Translations under genes and position numbers: made by a program | Shown here: positions 27,512 to 41,815 of the stretch, in pieces | How the letters are laid out: every line of letters begins with the position of its first letter | Numbering within the stretch: position 1 is the first letter of the stretch | NCBI RefSeq assembly: GCF_009914755.1 | Contig: NC_060935.1 | Origin: the human T2T-CHM13v2.0 reference genome, Homo sapiens | DNA: 64,000 nt | Reading direction: 5' to 3' (one strand) | The notes under the pieces: generated by a model | The model's database searches: none | Told to the model about the DNA's origin: nothing | The model's input: only the letters and a program-made list of their open reading frames with translations

Positions 27512-28053
27512 TCTCTTCTCTTTCTCTGCCATGCCACCCTGCCACACTCTTCACTGCTCTCCACTGCTCTGTTCCTCTGCTCCTCTCATTGCTCAGCTGC
27601 TTGTGTCTGTGCCTGCTTAAAGTCTCTGGTTTAAATGGGCACAGGATCGGGGGTGTAGTAGGCCAAAAGGCAACCTTTTGGGTACGAAAACAGAAATGTC
27701 TGTCCTCACTTAGCTCTATGGGCATAGGCTCAAGGGTGGAGTCCTCACCAAAGACCCCACACTTCTCTACCAGCACTTCGCTGCCCGCTTCCCATATCAG
27801 AAAAATGTGACCAAAAGACAAATCTTGGCCCTTCTTATTTTCTTCCATCCTCATTATCTTCTAGTTGTGTTCCCTGTCTTAACCCCCAGTTAGACCATCA
27901 TACACAAGCCAGTCTTGTGAAATCTCCATTCATGCCATAGCTGCCAGCTCACATAATATTTTATGACATTGAAAACTGGCTAAAGGCTGAAAAATATTGA
28001 AAAGGGTATTCCTCAGGGAACTGAAAATTTTACAGAGTGGAAGAACAAGGTAA

Positions 28054-28418
<365 letters not shown>

Positions 28419-30789
28419 CTAAAGAGAGAGCTTCCACTTGAGAAAAGGAGGTAGAACTCAATGAAGGACTAGGCCAGTAGCCCACTGGGGAAGGAAGACC
28501 AGAAAAGGAATTCACCTAAATCTTAAGAGTTAGGTTGGCTAAGAGTAAGAGGAGAATGCCACTGGAACTGCAGAGCAAGCATGGGAAACATAATTATTTC
28601 TCTTATGAGGGGCTGCAGGCAGGCCTTGAGATAAATAGAATGGCTGACATTATAGAAACTTGATGGGCATGGTTAATTCTGAATATGTTATTGCTACTAC
28701 TAATTAGAAGTTACAAGGAAAGTATTACTATAATAATATTTGTATGTCTGTATTCCTTGAAAATTATACTGGGGCCATTAAAATAGCGTAGAAAACTCCT
28801 ATAGGCTACATGTCATATCCATGAGGTGTAGGGAAAAGGCAGAAAGATTCACTCTTCTTTGTTCTGTATGTGCAAAAGAATGACTGGAGGGGGAAGTGGT
28901 GTTACACAATATGTTTACACTTCCTCAAGTAATAGATTTTTTTCCTGAAGGAGGAGAAAGTTTCCACTTAGCAGGAGGATATTCCTGAAGCTCACTCTTG
29001 GTTTCACCCAATGCGGTCACCCTTGGGGAGGTTGCATACATACTAGTACACAAGGCTTTCATAGGAAGCACATGCCATACAAATACTTTATTCCTGACCT
29101 GCTTATTTGTCCCAGAACCTCCCCTTGTACTGGGTCTGGGAGGAGTGACTGAGGTTTCAGGGCACATTTCAGATCTCAATATCCCCAGGTCCTAGAGTAA
29201 GAGAACAAGTGAGAGCAACACAGGGAGAATGAGTATTTGATAAAGAAATACAGATTTATTCCAACATCTGGTGCAGCAGAAAGACACTGTGAAAGATAGG
29301 GTTGGGAACGGCCTTTGTTGAGAATGGATCAAATACAGAAAATAGAATAAACGCTGGCTCTCAAAGTGAGCTTCCCCATCCGCACCGGATGTTTGTGAAT
29401 ATCTCAAAGACACCATTCATTTCCTCTTGGCAGCAGCCTATGAAAAAGAGGGAAAAAAGGGTTTACAAAGGCTTTTTTCTACTGCAATCATAAAAAGTTA
29501 TTTTCAAAATAAATCATAAAGAAGCATGTTTGTTAAATATCTCTCCTATTATTTTCAGAGACCCACAATTCAGAGAAATGTTACAACTTTATAGTTATGA
29601 GAGACATATTAGATGAATTTTAAAACATAAAAGGCTTAATATTGTCAGCTCCAAAAACTACCAGGTTGACCTAGTATTATTAAGTTAGTTTATATATCTA
29701 AAAAAATTATTACTATTAATCATATAGAACCAATATGATATATCTTATTTAACTATTGATTTACAGCTCTGATGTCTACCTAGGGCAGTCTCCTTTTGCC
29801 AAGAAGTGACTTCAGTTATCGTAGTCTTTTACTAGTCTTTATAACATCTTTTATTTCACCTGTCAGAGTGAAAATGCATGGATCTAAAGGGATATCGAGG
29901 TTTAAGACTAGATTAATTTTCTGAATAATATTATCCCAAAGTGATTTTATGCCTAGAAAAAAAGGTAATGCTAAAATTATCAAACATTTAAAAAATGCAG
30001 CATGGCATTATTGGTGAGCTTCCTGATTGCTTAATGTTAGTTAAATAAGTCAACATTTAACCAGCCAGATTTTTCTCATACAACCCTATATTATTTGGAG
30101 CGACTGGAGCAAACTTCAGGAAGTTCCTATAACCAGTATTAGCTCAGAAGGAGGAAATTCGATGTCAGTGTTTTTCATGCATAAATGAACATAATAGTTG
30201 TAAAATCCACGTTGCCCCATTGCAATGTATCTTACAAACTGCTGCCAGATAAATCTCTCAGAAACACAGCTCTGATGTTGTCACTCATCCCACCAAGAGC
30301 ATTTAATGGCAGATTCCCAGCTAAAAGAAAACCTGTCTCTGGGAGACCTTGAAGCAGCCTTCTTTCAGCCTTGCACTAAAATATCTAAAATGGCTCAGAA
30401 AAATAGAATAGTTGCAATATAAAGGATCAAGACTAAAGGTCAAAAGATTGTCGTATTTTAAAAGAAATTTGTAGTTATTCTAAAGATAATGCACTTGGGG
30501 TGGAAAAAAACATTGGTGGCCTGCCATGCTTTACTCTAAGAAATGTATCAGCAAATGTTGGCCATCTGAAAGAAGGTAGGAAGACAGTCCATTCCTCTCT
30601 GTCTGCCCAGTGAACTCAGAGACCTGGGAAAGGGTTTAGCTTTCTGCTAGGTTGTCAGAAACCTGGTGAGCACATTGTGTAGTACTATGCAGCCACATGT
30701 AAGTTGGCATAAAGCTCTGTCCTTCACCTCAGTCTTTCTACTTTCCAATCCTTGTTGAGACTTGCTGTACAGGAGACAGCATACATACT

Positions 30790-30940
30790 GGGAAACAAAC
30801 GGGTCATGTGCCCTGACTCCTACTCACTAACTCCATGACCTTGGGTGTCTTTGTGCCTCAGTCCCTACATCTAAAATGGGAATAATAAGAGTGAAAGCAC
30901 TACTTCATGAAGATCTGGAGAATTAAGTGAGCTGATTTTA
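30790..30940 (+). mobile_element. MIR
   Basis: tgaccttggg...gtgcctcagtccctacatctaaaatgggaataata core. Confidence 0.7.
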
Positions 30941-32175
30941 TTACTAAGGCAATTTTTAGCTCAACACAAAATATAGCCAGAGAGGATTTTCTTAATGCTT
31001 TGAAGAAAGATTTTTTTAAAGGCCATACTTAATCTTAGAGTAAATCTCTTTACTCCTCCCTATTCCAAGGGTCAGAACAGTCTAAATAACCCCAATTCTG
31101 CTATCTCAGAGGAGAGGGACAAGCCAGTTTCACACAACTGTGGCAGGGATTTGGGCAGAGGACATACTGAAGGAGAGTTAATATTGGTAAGTACTGTTAT
31201 CACAGACATCTGCGTGGCCAGAAGAAAATCCAAACAAATAGCTAGAATGATAGAAATATAGCTCATGAAGAGAGCACTTTAAAGTCTGAACCTGAAAAAC
31301 TGCAGAGAGACCAAAACTGCTTTGTTTTTGTATTCACTCCAATACAGGAAGTCACCAGGTCTCAGAGGGATGGGAATCACATGGGAATCAGTGTGAGGTG
31401 CAGAACCAGGAAACAGTGAGCACAGTGATACCAGGAAAGGCAGGACCAGAATATTTTAATATATTATAAAGTGATAGTAGGTCACTGAGATAAAATATAA
31501 CCTTTAGAAGAATGTGTTTTATGTGGGTTATAAATGGAGTCACAAAAGAATTTTTGCCTTTCCAAATTATTTACCTTGCCTGGAGGCAAACATTCATTTG
31601 GAAAAAGGAATTAGTTCCCACAATAGTAGTCAAAAAAATTAAGTTTATACCATGAATAATTTCTCTGTTTTATGTTTATCTCACTCTTTCTCTAGATCTC
31701 TAATTTTAGATTCAAAATGATTAATTTTTAAAATACTTTGAATAAGATCATTCTAGATTGACAAAACTAGTATAGTTCATACTTCTTTAAAATTTTAAAT
31801 ATTTGGTCATTAATTATGATTACTTGTAAGATTTATATAACAAGAGAAAAAGTTAATTTGTAAAATTGAAAATTTTACTGGAGACATTAAGCTAAATATT
31901 TGAATTAGAATCAAACTGCTCATACAATTATTCTCAAAAATGCCACAATGGTTCTAGATGTGATTACCAATCTGTACCTTCATTCTCTTAATTCTCCTGT
32001 TTTCTCTTCAACTCTTCCTTTCCAAGTCTCCACCAGGTCTCCTATTCCTCCTCCACCCCTTTATACCTCCTTATGAGTCGCCATTCCACCTTTCACACAC
32101 CCACTGATCATCTTATTTGTTCTCTTTGAAAAATCTCTCTATTCACACGTGTTTAACTGTTGTCTACATGCACAG

Positions 32176-32541
32176 TGTCTTGGTCAGTTTGGGCTGCTAA
32201 AACAAAGTACCTTGGTTTGAGTGGCTTAGACACAACAGAAATTTATTTCTCCTAATTCTAGAGACTGGAAGTCTGAAATCCGGGTGCCAGCATGGTTAAG
32301 TTCTGATGAGGACTCTCTTCTGGATTGTAGACCGCCAACTTCTACTTTTATCCTCACATGGTAGAAAAAGAGTAAAAGAGTTCTTAGGGTCTCTTTTGTA
32401 AGGGCCCTAATTTCATTCATGAGTGCTCCACCCTCATTACCTAATTATTTCCCAATACCTCGCCTTCTGATATAATTATATTTGGGAATTAGAATTTCAA
32501 CAAATGAATTTTGGGTGGACACAAACGTTTGGTTTATAATA
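32176..32541 (-). mobile_element. MLT1A-type MaLR solo LTR within L2 relics
   Basis: tgtcttggtcagtttgggctgctaaaacaaagtacc...gaatttcaacaaatgaattttgggtggacacaaac. Confidence 0.85.
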
Positions 32542-35500
32542 CTTAGATTATCACATTTTACCCTGATCTTTCCCTAACCTTACAACTCCTATATCCATTG
32601 AACATATCTACCTGGAGATCCATGATGACTCAAAGGCAACATTTCTAATAGTGAACAATACACCATTTTTTTAGCCAGTTTTTTTTTTATCCTTCCCTAT
32701 TTCTGAACACAGTTCATGAAACCATTGTGTAGCTTCTGAGAAGTAAAGCTAACTTTCCTACGTTTAGTCCCTATTATTTGCTAGCCTATTTGTCTTGGTT
32801 TTGACTCCCTTTTCATAATTCTGCATATGCTTATCTCACAACTACGGCTCTTCTCTTTCAATTTGAATGGCATTGGATTAACACACAAATCTTTCCTTGA
32901 CTGTGAGATCTGTTCAGTTTCTCAAAACAACTAGTTTTCAAAATTTTGTTTTCTAATACCCTGCTTCAAGGAGATTAACTAAGAGATAAATTATTTAAAA
33001 CATACTCTCCAAGTTTCTTCAATTCCCGTGGTCCCCATGGACTTCAGCTATAGCTTTTATGCAGCTCTTCAATTAAGAATCAAGCCTGTACAATAAACAA
33101 ATGCTGTTTAAGAAAATTATATAAATATACTGATTTGATTCACTTGAGTATAAGTTCCCAACTCAGATAAATCTTTAAAGTGCATAGTATTAATTTTTCA
33201 TGTCATTCATTTTCCATTTCCCAATAGTTATACAAACAATGATTTCGGAGGTCAAACCAGCTATCTTCTCCCCAGTGTAACTTTATCTTTATTTCCCACA
33301 GACACGAGAACTATCAAATACCAATTCTTTTGATTTCTCTTCCTTCCTTCTCCATACCTATATCTTTACTCATTCTCATGTAAATAGATATTGTGTCCTG
33401 AGTGAGATTTTTCTGTTGTTTTACAATTGATGCTAAGACCCAAAGCTAAGAATAGAAATTCCTAAGTACCTCATATTTTAAATTCAGAGATCCAACTATT
33501 GGACTAGCCATCTTCCATAGGGATAATTGAAAAGTACCATCATAGAATGTATACTCCACCATTGCTTCACCAAATCTACCTGATAAAATAAGAGAACCCA
33601 TATGGGAGAAAATGGCAGTGCTCCTTAAAAGAAGCTACTCTTCCCTATGGGAGGCAGAGTCTGCTTCCCCTTATCAAATCAAAAGAGAAAGGACTACTCT
33701 TGAGTATGATAAATATAATTTACATATCCCTTAGGAAAAATCTGAGTAACCAGTAGGTACTCAGAAATTCATGGCTAAATTATGCAAATAACATCTGTCT
33801 TATTTTTCCAGAATCAGTGTTGCTCTGTGCACTCTTTCTTGAAGGTTGGGAAATTGCCCTTGAAGAATTAGTAGATATAGACCAACAAAGCTATGAGATA
33901 TTTCAAAAATGTAACTGTCACAAGATAATGAATAATGCTATTGGTATTCATCTGGCAGACCCATTGACTCATTATTTGAGCTGAAGGTAAACAGTTCATG
34001 TTCTTTACTACATTATCATCAGTGCCAGAGAGACAAAATAAGATGTAGTGGGATAGGTATACACAGAGCCCATCCAGCCTCAGTCTAAAAGAAGTTTACT
34101 GATAAAGCGTTCCCTCATTCAAATGTACAATTATCTGCCTAATTGAAAACTGAATTTAAATATTTTCCTGGGGGAAAAATGCCAGTTTGATGCTCTGTTT
34201 TTTTTTTTCTTTTAAAGTCTTTGCCGATGTAAAATGAGAAAATTTTATTGCAGGGTGCAATGATTTAGCATGCATTAAAATTAAGTATCTAAAATATCTA
34301 CAGGGCCTGAAAAGGTATATGGAAATGAGCTGTTTTCCAAGTTAATGCCACAGGAAATGACAGCTAAGCTGATCTCTTTTTCCCACAGCCTTTTAATGAT
34401 GCATTTCTCTTAGCATTTGAAAGGACTTTAGATCTAGCAGGTTTCAACTCTAGGGTATAGCTGATTCAAAGTGAAATTAGTGTTGGGTTCTAATATGTTA
34501 ATTCAGAAATAACTGGTAGATTCATTTATAGGAGCTCAATTTCCATGAGTGATATGTAGGCATATAGGCAAACTTATGAAATGAGCAATGTTTATCTCTA
34601 GTTGCTCCAGCCTTTCCATTTTCTAACCTGCCTTGATAATTTCTACAACTTTCATATCTTTTTTTTCTAAAGATGTTCTCTGATCCTTCATTTGACTAAT
34701 CTGTACATGCAAAATATAAGTTCCTTTTTCCTTATAAACCCCTTTTTGTTACACATCAATAGACCACAAGAACAAAGGACAGTAATATAGTTATCAGGAT
34801 ATTGATTTGGAGTGAAAATTATGAGAAAAAATTTATGGGAATGTTGTATATGTAAGGATTGCAAATATATATTATATTATCACATATAATTTTAAAAAGG
34901 TACAAATTTATATATTAAATTAGCTTTGAAGATATTCTACACTATATTTTGTCTATGAGAAAATTGATGACAGATGAGTTAAAGAAACTAAACATGACAC
35001 AAAGTTAAATTTAATCACAATGGTGGCTTTATAATTTTTTGAAAATGTTCAACATAGAGGAAGGTAAGAATTAAAGGTCTCAGTTTGTTGAAGTCAATAT
35101 GTAGATGTAATCGGCAATATGAAGCCACTGTGAAAGTCCTATCACATTCCTTGTGTTTTGTGGAACACTGGATGTTGAATTGTAGGACTAGATTTTTCAT
35201 TCTCAATGTCATCAGAATTATGAACATAATATGTAAAACATCATTTATTAGCAACAGTTTTAAAAGCTATAGCTTCGTATTGGTAAAAATGAATTAAAAG
35301 AAAAATATTGAGATTTTGAATTTATTAATATTAGGAGTAATTCTATTCAGAATAAAAAAACAACTATCTAAGCTGAAATAAACTTTAATATAATTAAAAG
35401 TAACATATTATTCATAGGTGATGTCGTTTGTTATAACAATTCTACATACTTTTAAGGACTGTTTCAGAAATTTGTTCTGCTGAAACTGACTCATATGAAC

Positions 35501-36859
35501 TCCTTTCTTCTCATTAACTACCCTGAACTTTTTCTATTTCCAGTGCACATTGTCTTTCTGCCAACTCTAAACCTCTAGGCATAATCCAGATCTCACAAAG
35601 AGAGGTGAAGATACAATAATCGTGGGGACTATGTGATTAAAGAGTTTTTGGCATTGGACCCATATCCAGATGATTCAGTTAGTTGCATTGGGCTTATGTC
35701 CAGACAAGAAGGTTACTGAGGCCAGACACATCTCCTTTTAATGACTCTGGGAGCTCTGTAGTTAGTACTGGTAACTACGTCCTTACAGATGTAGCACAGC
35801 TCCATGGAAGTAGGTAACAGACTAACTTTTGTATTAGTCCCAGCTCAATCCATTAATAGTTTTGTCTTTAGCAAGCAATTTCAGCAACATTTACATCTAT
35901 TTAAAGCAATTTTAAAAATAGTTAAATGAATAAAGAATATAAAAACTTGTAGGGCTTCAGAAAATACACTTCCAATAAATGATAAATATTATTAGCTATT
36001 TTTTCATGATAACTTGTCTAATTGTGCAAGTCAGTATTAATGAAATTAATAAAGTTAATGTCAGGTTGATTAATACATGACGAAAACAATTTCAATTTAC
36101 TGTCACACATTTTAGTATAAAATATAATAATCATATGTAAAATATAGAAAATTATATAACAAACAGTAGTATACTCACCACTCAGCTTTAAAAAAATTTA
36201 ATATTTGTCCATATTAACTTTAGAGCTTATATTGTTTAAAACTTGAATCAATATAGATACTGGCAGTCATTAGTGAACAATTTCCACTCCATTTTTTTCC
36301 CTCTCAACTTAAAGGGAATCTTCTAAGTACATGTAAAATATTTATCTTAAGTTTTCATGCTTTTAAAATATATTAGAATCAATAAGCTTTAGAAAGTTTA
36401 TATTTTTAGATTTTTACATTTAGGTATAGACTATTCATTGTATGGCGGATTAAAGCTTTCCTTACATATATATATTAGGCTTTAAAACTCTGCTTTCTTA
36501 TTAATGAGCATTGAGGTAGTTTCAACTATCTTGCTATTATAAACATAAATCTTTGTGCCTCTTCATTTTTAAAGTGGAGATATTAATAGAAACTCCCTTA
36601 TAGGGATTGTTGTAGAGAATAATATGGCCAATAAATATAACAATTGTTCTTAGGCAAAATAAATACTATGTGTGTCTACTATTAATATAAATAATATTGC
36701 AAGGATTCTTTTTGTATTCGCCTCTCTGACTCTATGTAGAATAGGAATGATATCCAAAAGTGGAAATGTGTGGTTTTCAGGTGTATACCTCTTCCCTTTT
36801 ACTGTAGTTTTCCATTCTGCTTTCCAAAGTAATAGTACCATTTTATGTTCTCAGGGCTT

Positions 36860-37080
36860 GCAGTAGGTTGTTTCTGGACATGGATTCTGGAGTCAGATTC
36901 CCTGGCAACCAGCTGTATGACCTTGGCAAAATATTCCTCGGCTACCTAGTTTTCTAATTCATCAAATAAACACAACAATATTATCCATTTTCCTGGGTTG
37001 CAGTAGAGACTAAATATTTATATACAGTAGTTAGAAGAGTGTCTGCAACACATTAAGTATACAATAAACATTAGCTATCG
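36860..37080 (+). mobile_element. MIR (within old antisense L1ME-like relics at about 36100-37230)
   Basis: tggattctggagtcagattccctgg...tgtatgaccttggcaaa...aataaacattagcta. Confidence 0.65.
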
Positions 37081-38392
37081 AAACCATCACCAGCAGCATA
37101 GAAAAGTTCTCTTTACTAGTAGCTCAAATTGCCTGATTTGACTTTTTTTGTTTGTTTTCTGCTTTTTGCCAAAATAAATGAGTGTGAAGCAGTTTTTCAT
37201 GTGTGCTTTAATGTGCTTTGCCCTAATTCCTAGAGATCGTCTTTTTTGAAGGAGCCCAACTCCACTCTATCTGCTCTGTTTCCCTCTTCACATGTAATGA
37301 TTTTAATCCTTGACTTGGTCCTGAAACCAATCCCAGGCCAATTCCTCCTGGAGGCCATAAACTTTACCCTGGTTCTCCTCTCAGTTCTACTCCCTACAGA
37401 TAATTTTTTTCTTTTTGAATGAGGCTATGTGCTTTTAACTTTTTTCTTATTGTACTTCATAAGACACATTTTCACAGTAATTTCATTTCATAGTCATTTT
37501 GTGTTGGGACCAGAGACATTGCCTCCAATCATGAATTTACAGGTCTTAACTAGAATGTAAAATGTATTTTTTTTCCCTGATAAAATTATTTATGTTCACT
37601 ACAGGCAACATATAAACAGATTAATTGAAGTTGAAATAACACCCCATTCTACCACCAAAAATTCTTTAGATCATGAATAGAGCTGCATTAACCTGCATCT
37701 ATAAGTTGTTTTGGGAAATAGTTGTAACTATGCAATGTTATTGAATTTCCTAAAATTGTTTTCTTTAAAGAGAATGCTATTCTTCGAGGTATTAATAGAT
37801 GTTCCTGGAATAAAAGATTCCACAGTCAAATAAGTTTGGAGTACATGGGGTTAAAAAGTTAAATATATACTTTTGCTGCAAGCCTACTTGAGAGAGAGAT
37901 AAATTGTATATGATTTTTAAAACATATTTGGCCATTAACTACTCCTAGCTCATGTATGCACTTTCCTTTCATATTTCTTCAGGGCTTAGTGGTGAAATTT
38001 ACAAGTAATATTCGTAGCTCAGAGAAACCAGATCCCGACTTTTACTCTATTTAAGATTGTTTGCCAATAAAGTTTAATTTTATTGTGTATTAAAAAATGT
38101 TATTCTCAAATTGCTTGTGTTATTTTCCTAAGCTGGATATTGTAATTGTATCTACTTATTAATAATAGTTTTTGGCTTTAAGGGATCCATTTAAATTTTT
38201 ACTCATAATGAAATATGAACAATATTGGTTTTATGGATAAATAATCTTCCTCATTGAATGTACTTCCATGGAATGCTTACTAATTTCCAGATTCCTTCTA
38301 AAAATGAAGTATCTAAAATAGAATAAAATAGGCAAAGGCCTACCTTACAATCATCGTATTTATTTTATTTTATTTTTTTCAGTAAAGCATTG

Positions 38393-39020
38393 TTTTATTT
38401 ATTTATTTTTGTATTCTACTTTAAGTTATAGGGTACATGTGTACAACGTGCAGGTTTGTTAACATACGTATACATGTACCATGTTGGTGTGCTGCACCCA
38501 TTAACTCGTCATTTACATTAGGTATATCTCCTAATGCTATCCCTCCCCCCTCCCCCGACACTATGACAGGCCCTGGTGTGTGATGTTCCCCACCCTGTGT
38601 CCAAGTGTTCTCATTGTTCAGTTCCCACCTATGAGTGAGAACATGCGGTGTTTGGTTTTCTGTCCTTGCTATAGTTTGCTCAGAATGATGGTTTCCAGCT
38701 TCATCCATGTGCCTGCAAGGGACATGAACTCATCCTTTTTTATGGCTGCATAGTATTCCATGGTATATATGTGCCACATTTTCTTAATCCAGTCCATCAC
38801 TGTTAGACATTTGGGTTGGTTCCAAGTCTTTGCTATTGTGAATAGTGCCGCAGTAAACATACGTGTGCATGTGTCTTTATAGCAGCATGACTTATAATCC
38901 TTTGGGTATATACCCAGTAATGGGATGGCTGGGTCAAATGTTATTTCTAGTTCTAGATCCTTGAGGAATCACCACACTGTCTTCCACAATGGTTGAACTA
39001 GTTTACAGTCCCACCAACAG
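38393..39020 (-). mobile_element. 5'-truncated L1PA (about L1PA4-6) 3' end
   Basis: ttaagttatagggtacatgtg...ccattaactcgtcatttacattaggtatatctcctaatgc...tttacagtcccaccaacag. Confidence 0.95.
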
Positions 39021-41763
39021 AATCACTGTGAAGTATTTAATCAAAGAATATAATGACTGAATTTGCTAAAATATATTTCCCTTCAGTAAACTTTTTGAGT
39101 ATACAACTTCAGTATACGCAGATTGCCTTATGTATAAAGATATATGCATTATTTAGTTTATTATAAAACTTAACTTCTTGAAAACTTGAAACTATACAAT
39201 ATTGTGAACCATTTTGACACATGATCCAATACCTACAGTGTTTTTTTCTAACTATGAATGCTGGAGGCCATTTTTTCATGCTGCTCAGAATAAAAATTAT
39301 ATTACACTTACAGCAGCTCCAAATTCACTTTTGTCCACCAGATTGTTCAGCATTATTATTTATTGAGTACCGGGGTGGGGAATGGCTTATATTGGATAGA
39401 AACTTTCCATTTGAAGATTTCAGATATAGTCCACCTGCATGGAACATTAAAAGCAACTTATCTCCATCCTTTAGCAAAAATAAATAAATAAATAAATACA
39501 TTTTATTCTGGTACATTTCATGTGGGGAATCTTAGCTACAAAGAGTTCGCCTGGCAATATTATAATCGTAGGCCTCTGCATATCCTTCATTTTGTTTATG
39601 GATGAGAAAATAACCTAATATGATTTTCTTCCAGGGCTAAGGAACATGACTTGTACTAATCTTCTATTAAGCTACTTTGCCATTTCATATAATGGAATGG
39701 AAAAATAAAAGTATTAACAAAACAATGTTAAAATTTTAGTTATTTTATAGTTGAGACACATATAACAGTAGTAAACATGTGAATTCGGGGAATCCTAAAC
39801 CAAAATCAATTGATGGGGAAAGTCTTTCAGTAATCACCTCCCATTTGGAAATGTGCAACAGGCAAGGCTGCCAATTTTATACAAAATATAATAAAGTGTC
39901 ATGGAATCAGACAGGAATCATTTCCATTTATGGGAAAATGTGGAGGATATTTCCCTTAGCAATTGATCACCCTGAGGCAAAACAAGCAGTGAACCAACAT
40001 TCAATTGTCCATGGAAGTGAGGTAGAATTAGGAAGGCTTCAATATACAGCACAAGGCAGCTTGGCTCCAATTACCACTGCAATGTCTACGCTATTTCTAC
40101 CCATTTGGAATAGTATATTAAAGTGTTTCCACTTCTTTAAGTGAATGAAGTGTCAGTTTCTGCAAAGCCTATAATGAAGCTATTGCAGATTTTTCTTTGC
40201 ATTCATCCATCTCCCCACCCAGAAATGCAGTCACTAATGATGACATTTACATTTTCTTCAGAGGCAGCAAAACCATGACCTCAAAGAATTGTTACTTTAT
40301 AACCATTTTTCAGTCCTGATGCATATTTAAAGCCAGACTTAGAAGCAAGGGCCACCAAGGGTGCTTTCCTTGAAATGTATTTGTGATCTCAAAAATTTTT
40401 ATGTAGACAGTTCCTGAGTTGACATTACATCTTATATACGGAGGTGAACATGGTTGAACAATTTGGTTTCTTGGAAACTCTAAAAATAAATTAGGATTCA
40501 GCAGCAGCAAGTCAGGTTTCAGCTGCTCTAAGCATTTTGCTATTATTATAATCGACCACGGGTGATCAAGTGGATGGGCAAGTAGAGCAATATTATAAAA
40601 CAACACACATAATGAGGAGCTTACAGTAGTTAAATGTTTGCTTTAGACACTAAACTTGAAATTTTTAAGTAGTTCAATTTGACGTAGAAAAAAGTTAGAC
40701 CTAATAAATGAGTGCAATAAAATAAGAATCTAGCTGCATAAAGGAGACAGGTTAAATCAGGACAAAGGACAGTGTTTTATATTTCAATACGAATGCAATG
40801 TTGTATGCAATCTCTCCTTGCTAGAAATCAAGGTGACAATATGTTTTGCAACTATTTTAAATGGAATGCATTTTCTTTATTGAGATACATCATACTCTTT
40901 CACATAAATATTTAATTAGAGTAAAATTAAGCTATTGGAACATTTCCTTTATTTACACTGAGTTTAGTGAGCCTTTCAGTCTTCATTGAATATGGCAATT
41001 TCCGGGGGTTTACTACTACTTGCCAAAAAGCTCATTCATTTTCAGTTCTCTATGAGTAAATGAAAGAACTAAAGATTTTTCCTCCATAAGCCATCAGAAA
41101 AAAATGAAGCATGAGTGAAAAATCAGGTTGAAAAGATGAAGAAGTGACAACTTTAGTTTATCTGTTGCTGTCATTTAAATTTTCTTCCTTCATTATCTTA
41201 TAAAAAGGTCTTTTAGAAGAGGATCCTTGAAAAATCTCACGCATCCTGTTCTTTTTTTCTTCAATGACCTTTTATTTGCCCTTATTAAAATAACATTCAT
41301 TTATTAAGTGTTTCTTCAGAAAAAGCATAATACTGTTTTAGAGGCTGCATGTTTGTGGCTCTTTTCTTATTTCTCTTCCGACTCCATTTTAATAGTTACC
41401 ACACTGGAGAAGAATGAAATTCAGCTCTGCTTTTTCTCTTTCTCCAGTTCCTTTTCATAAGTGAACCACATAACTCTATCATGATCATCTTTTCAGCACT
41501 TTGATCCTGAGTCTGTTTCATTTATTATGGCTCCCTGTGGACATCTGATTAGGTCAACTCTGACTGCATTCATTTCTCTGAATTGGTTAGATTGTTTCAA
41601 ATTCTTGAATCTTCAAAGTAGACCAGGTATGGAACAATAAAATCAGTACCTGCTCCCTTACTTGAATTTGAATGAAATTTCTTTTCATTTAGTCAGAAAA
41701 ATGATATTCTGACAATCCAATCAGAAATTTCTACTCATTTAGAAAATGCCCTAGAAAAGAATA

Positions 41764-41815
41764 TGTGTGTGTGTGTGTGTGTGTGTATATACGCACACAC
41801 ACCCCCCCACACACA
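41764..41815. repeat. (TG)n-TATATA-(CA)n microsatellite
   Basis: Visible directly. Confidence 0.9.

Larger units (their letters stand above)
25615..27799 (-). mobile_element. LTR1-family ERV1 solo LTR, interrupted by an L1PA
   Basis: Starts tgaaatgagagaagttcccttatccccctggcagggcgtg, contains ttaattagaccctctgcc and gagtgcaaggtttattgagtgg, ends cttcccatatca; matches the recalled LTR1 reverse complement. Confidence 0.8.

Noticed and set aside
39779-40144. 121-aa ORF in unique DNA
   Set aside because: It starts at GTG, has no recognisable homology or flanking splice pair, and its length is compatible with chance.
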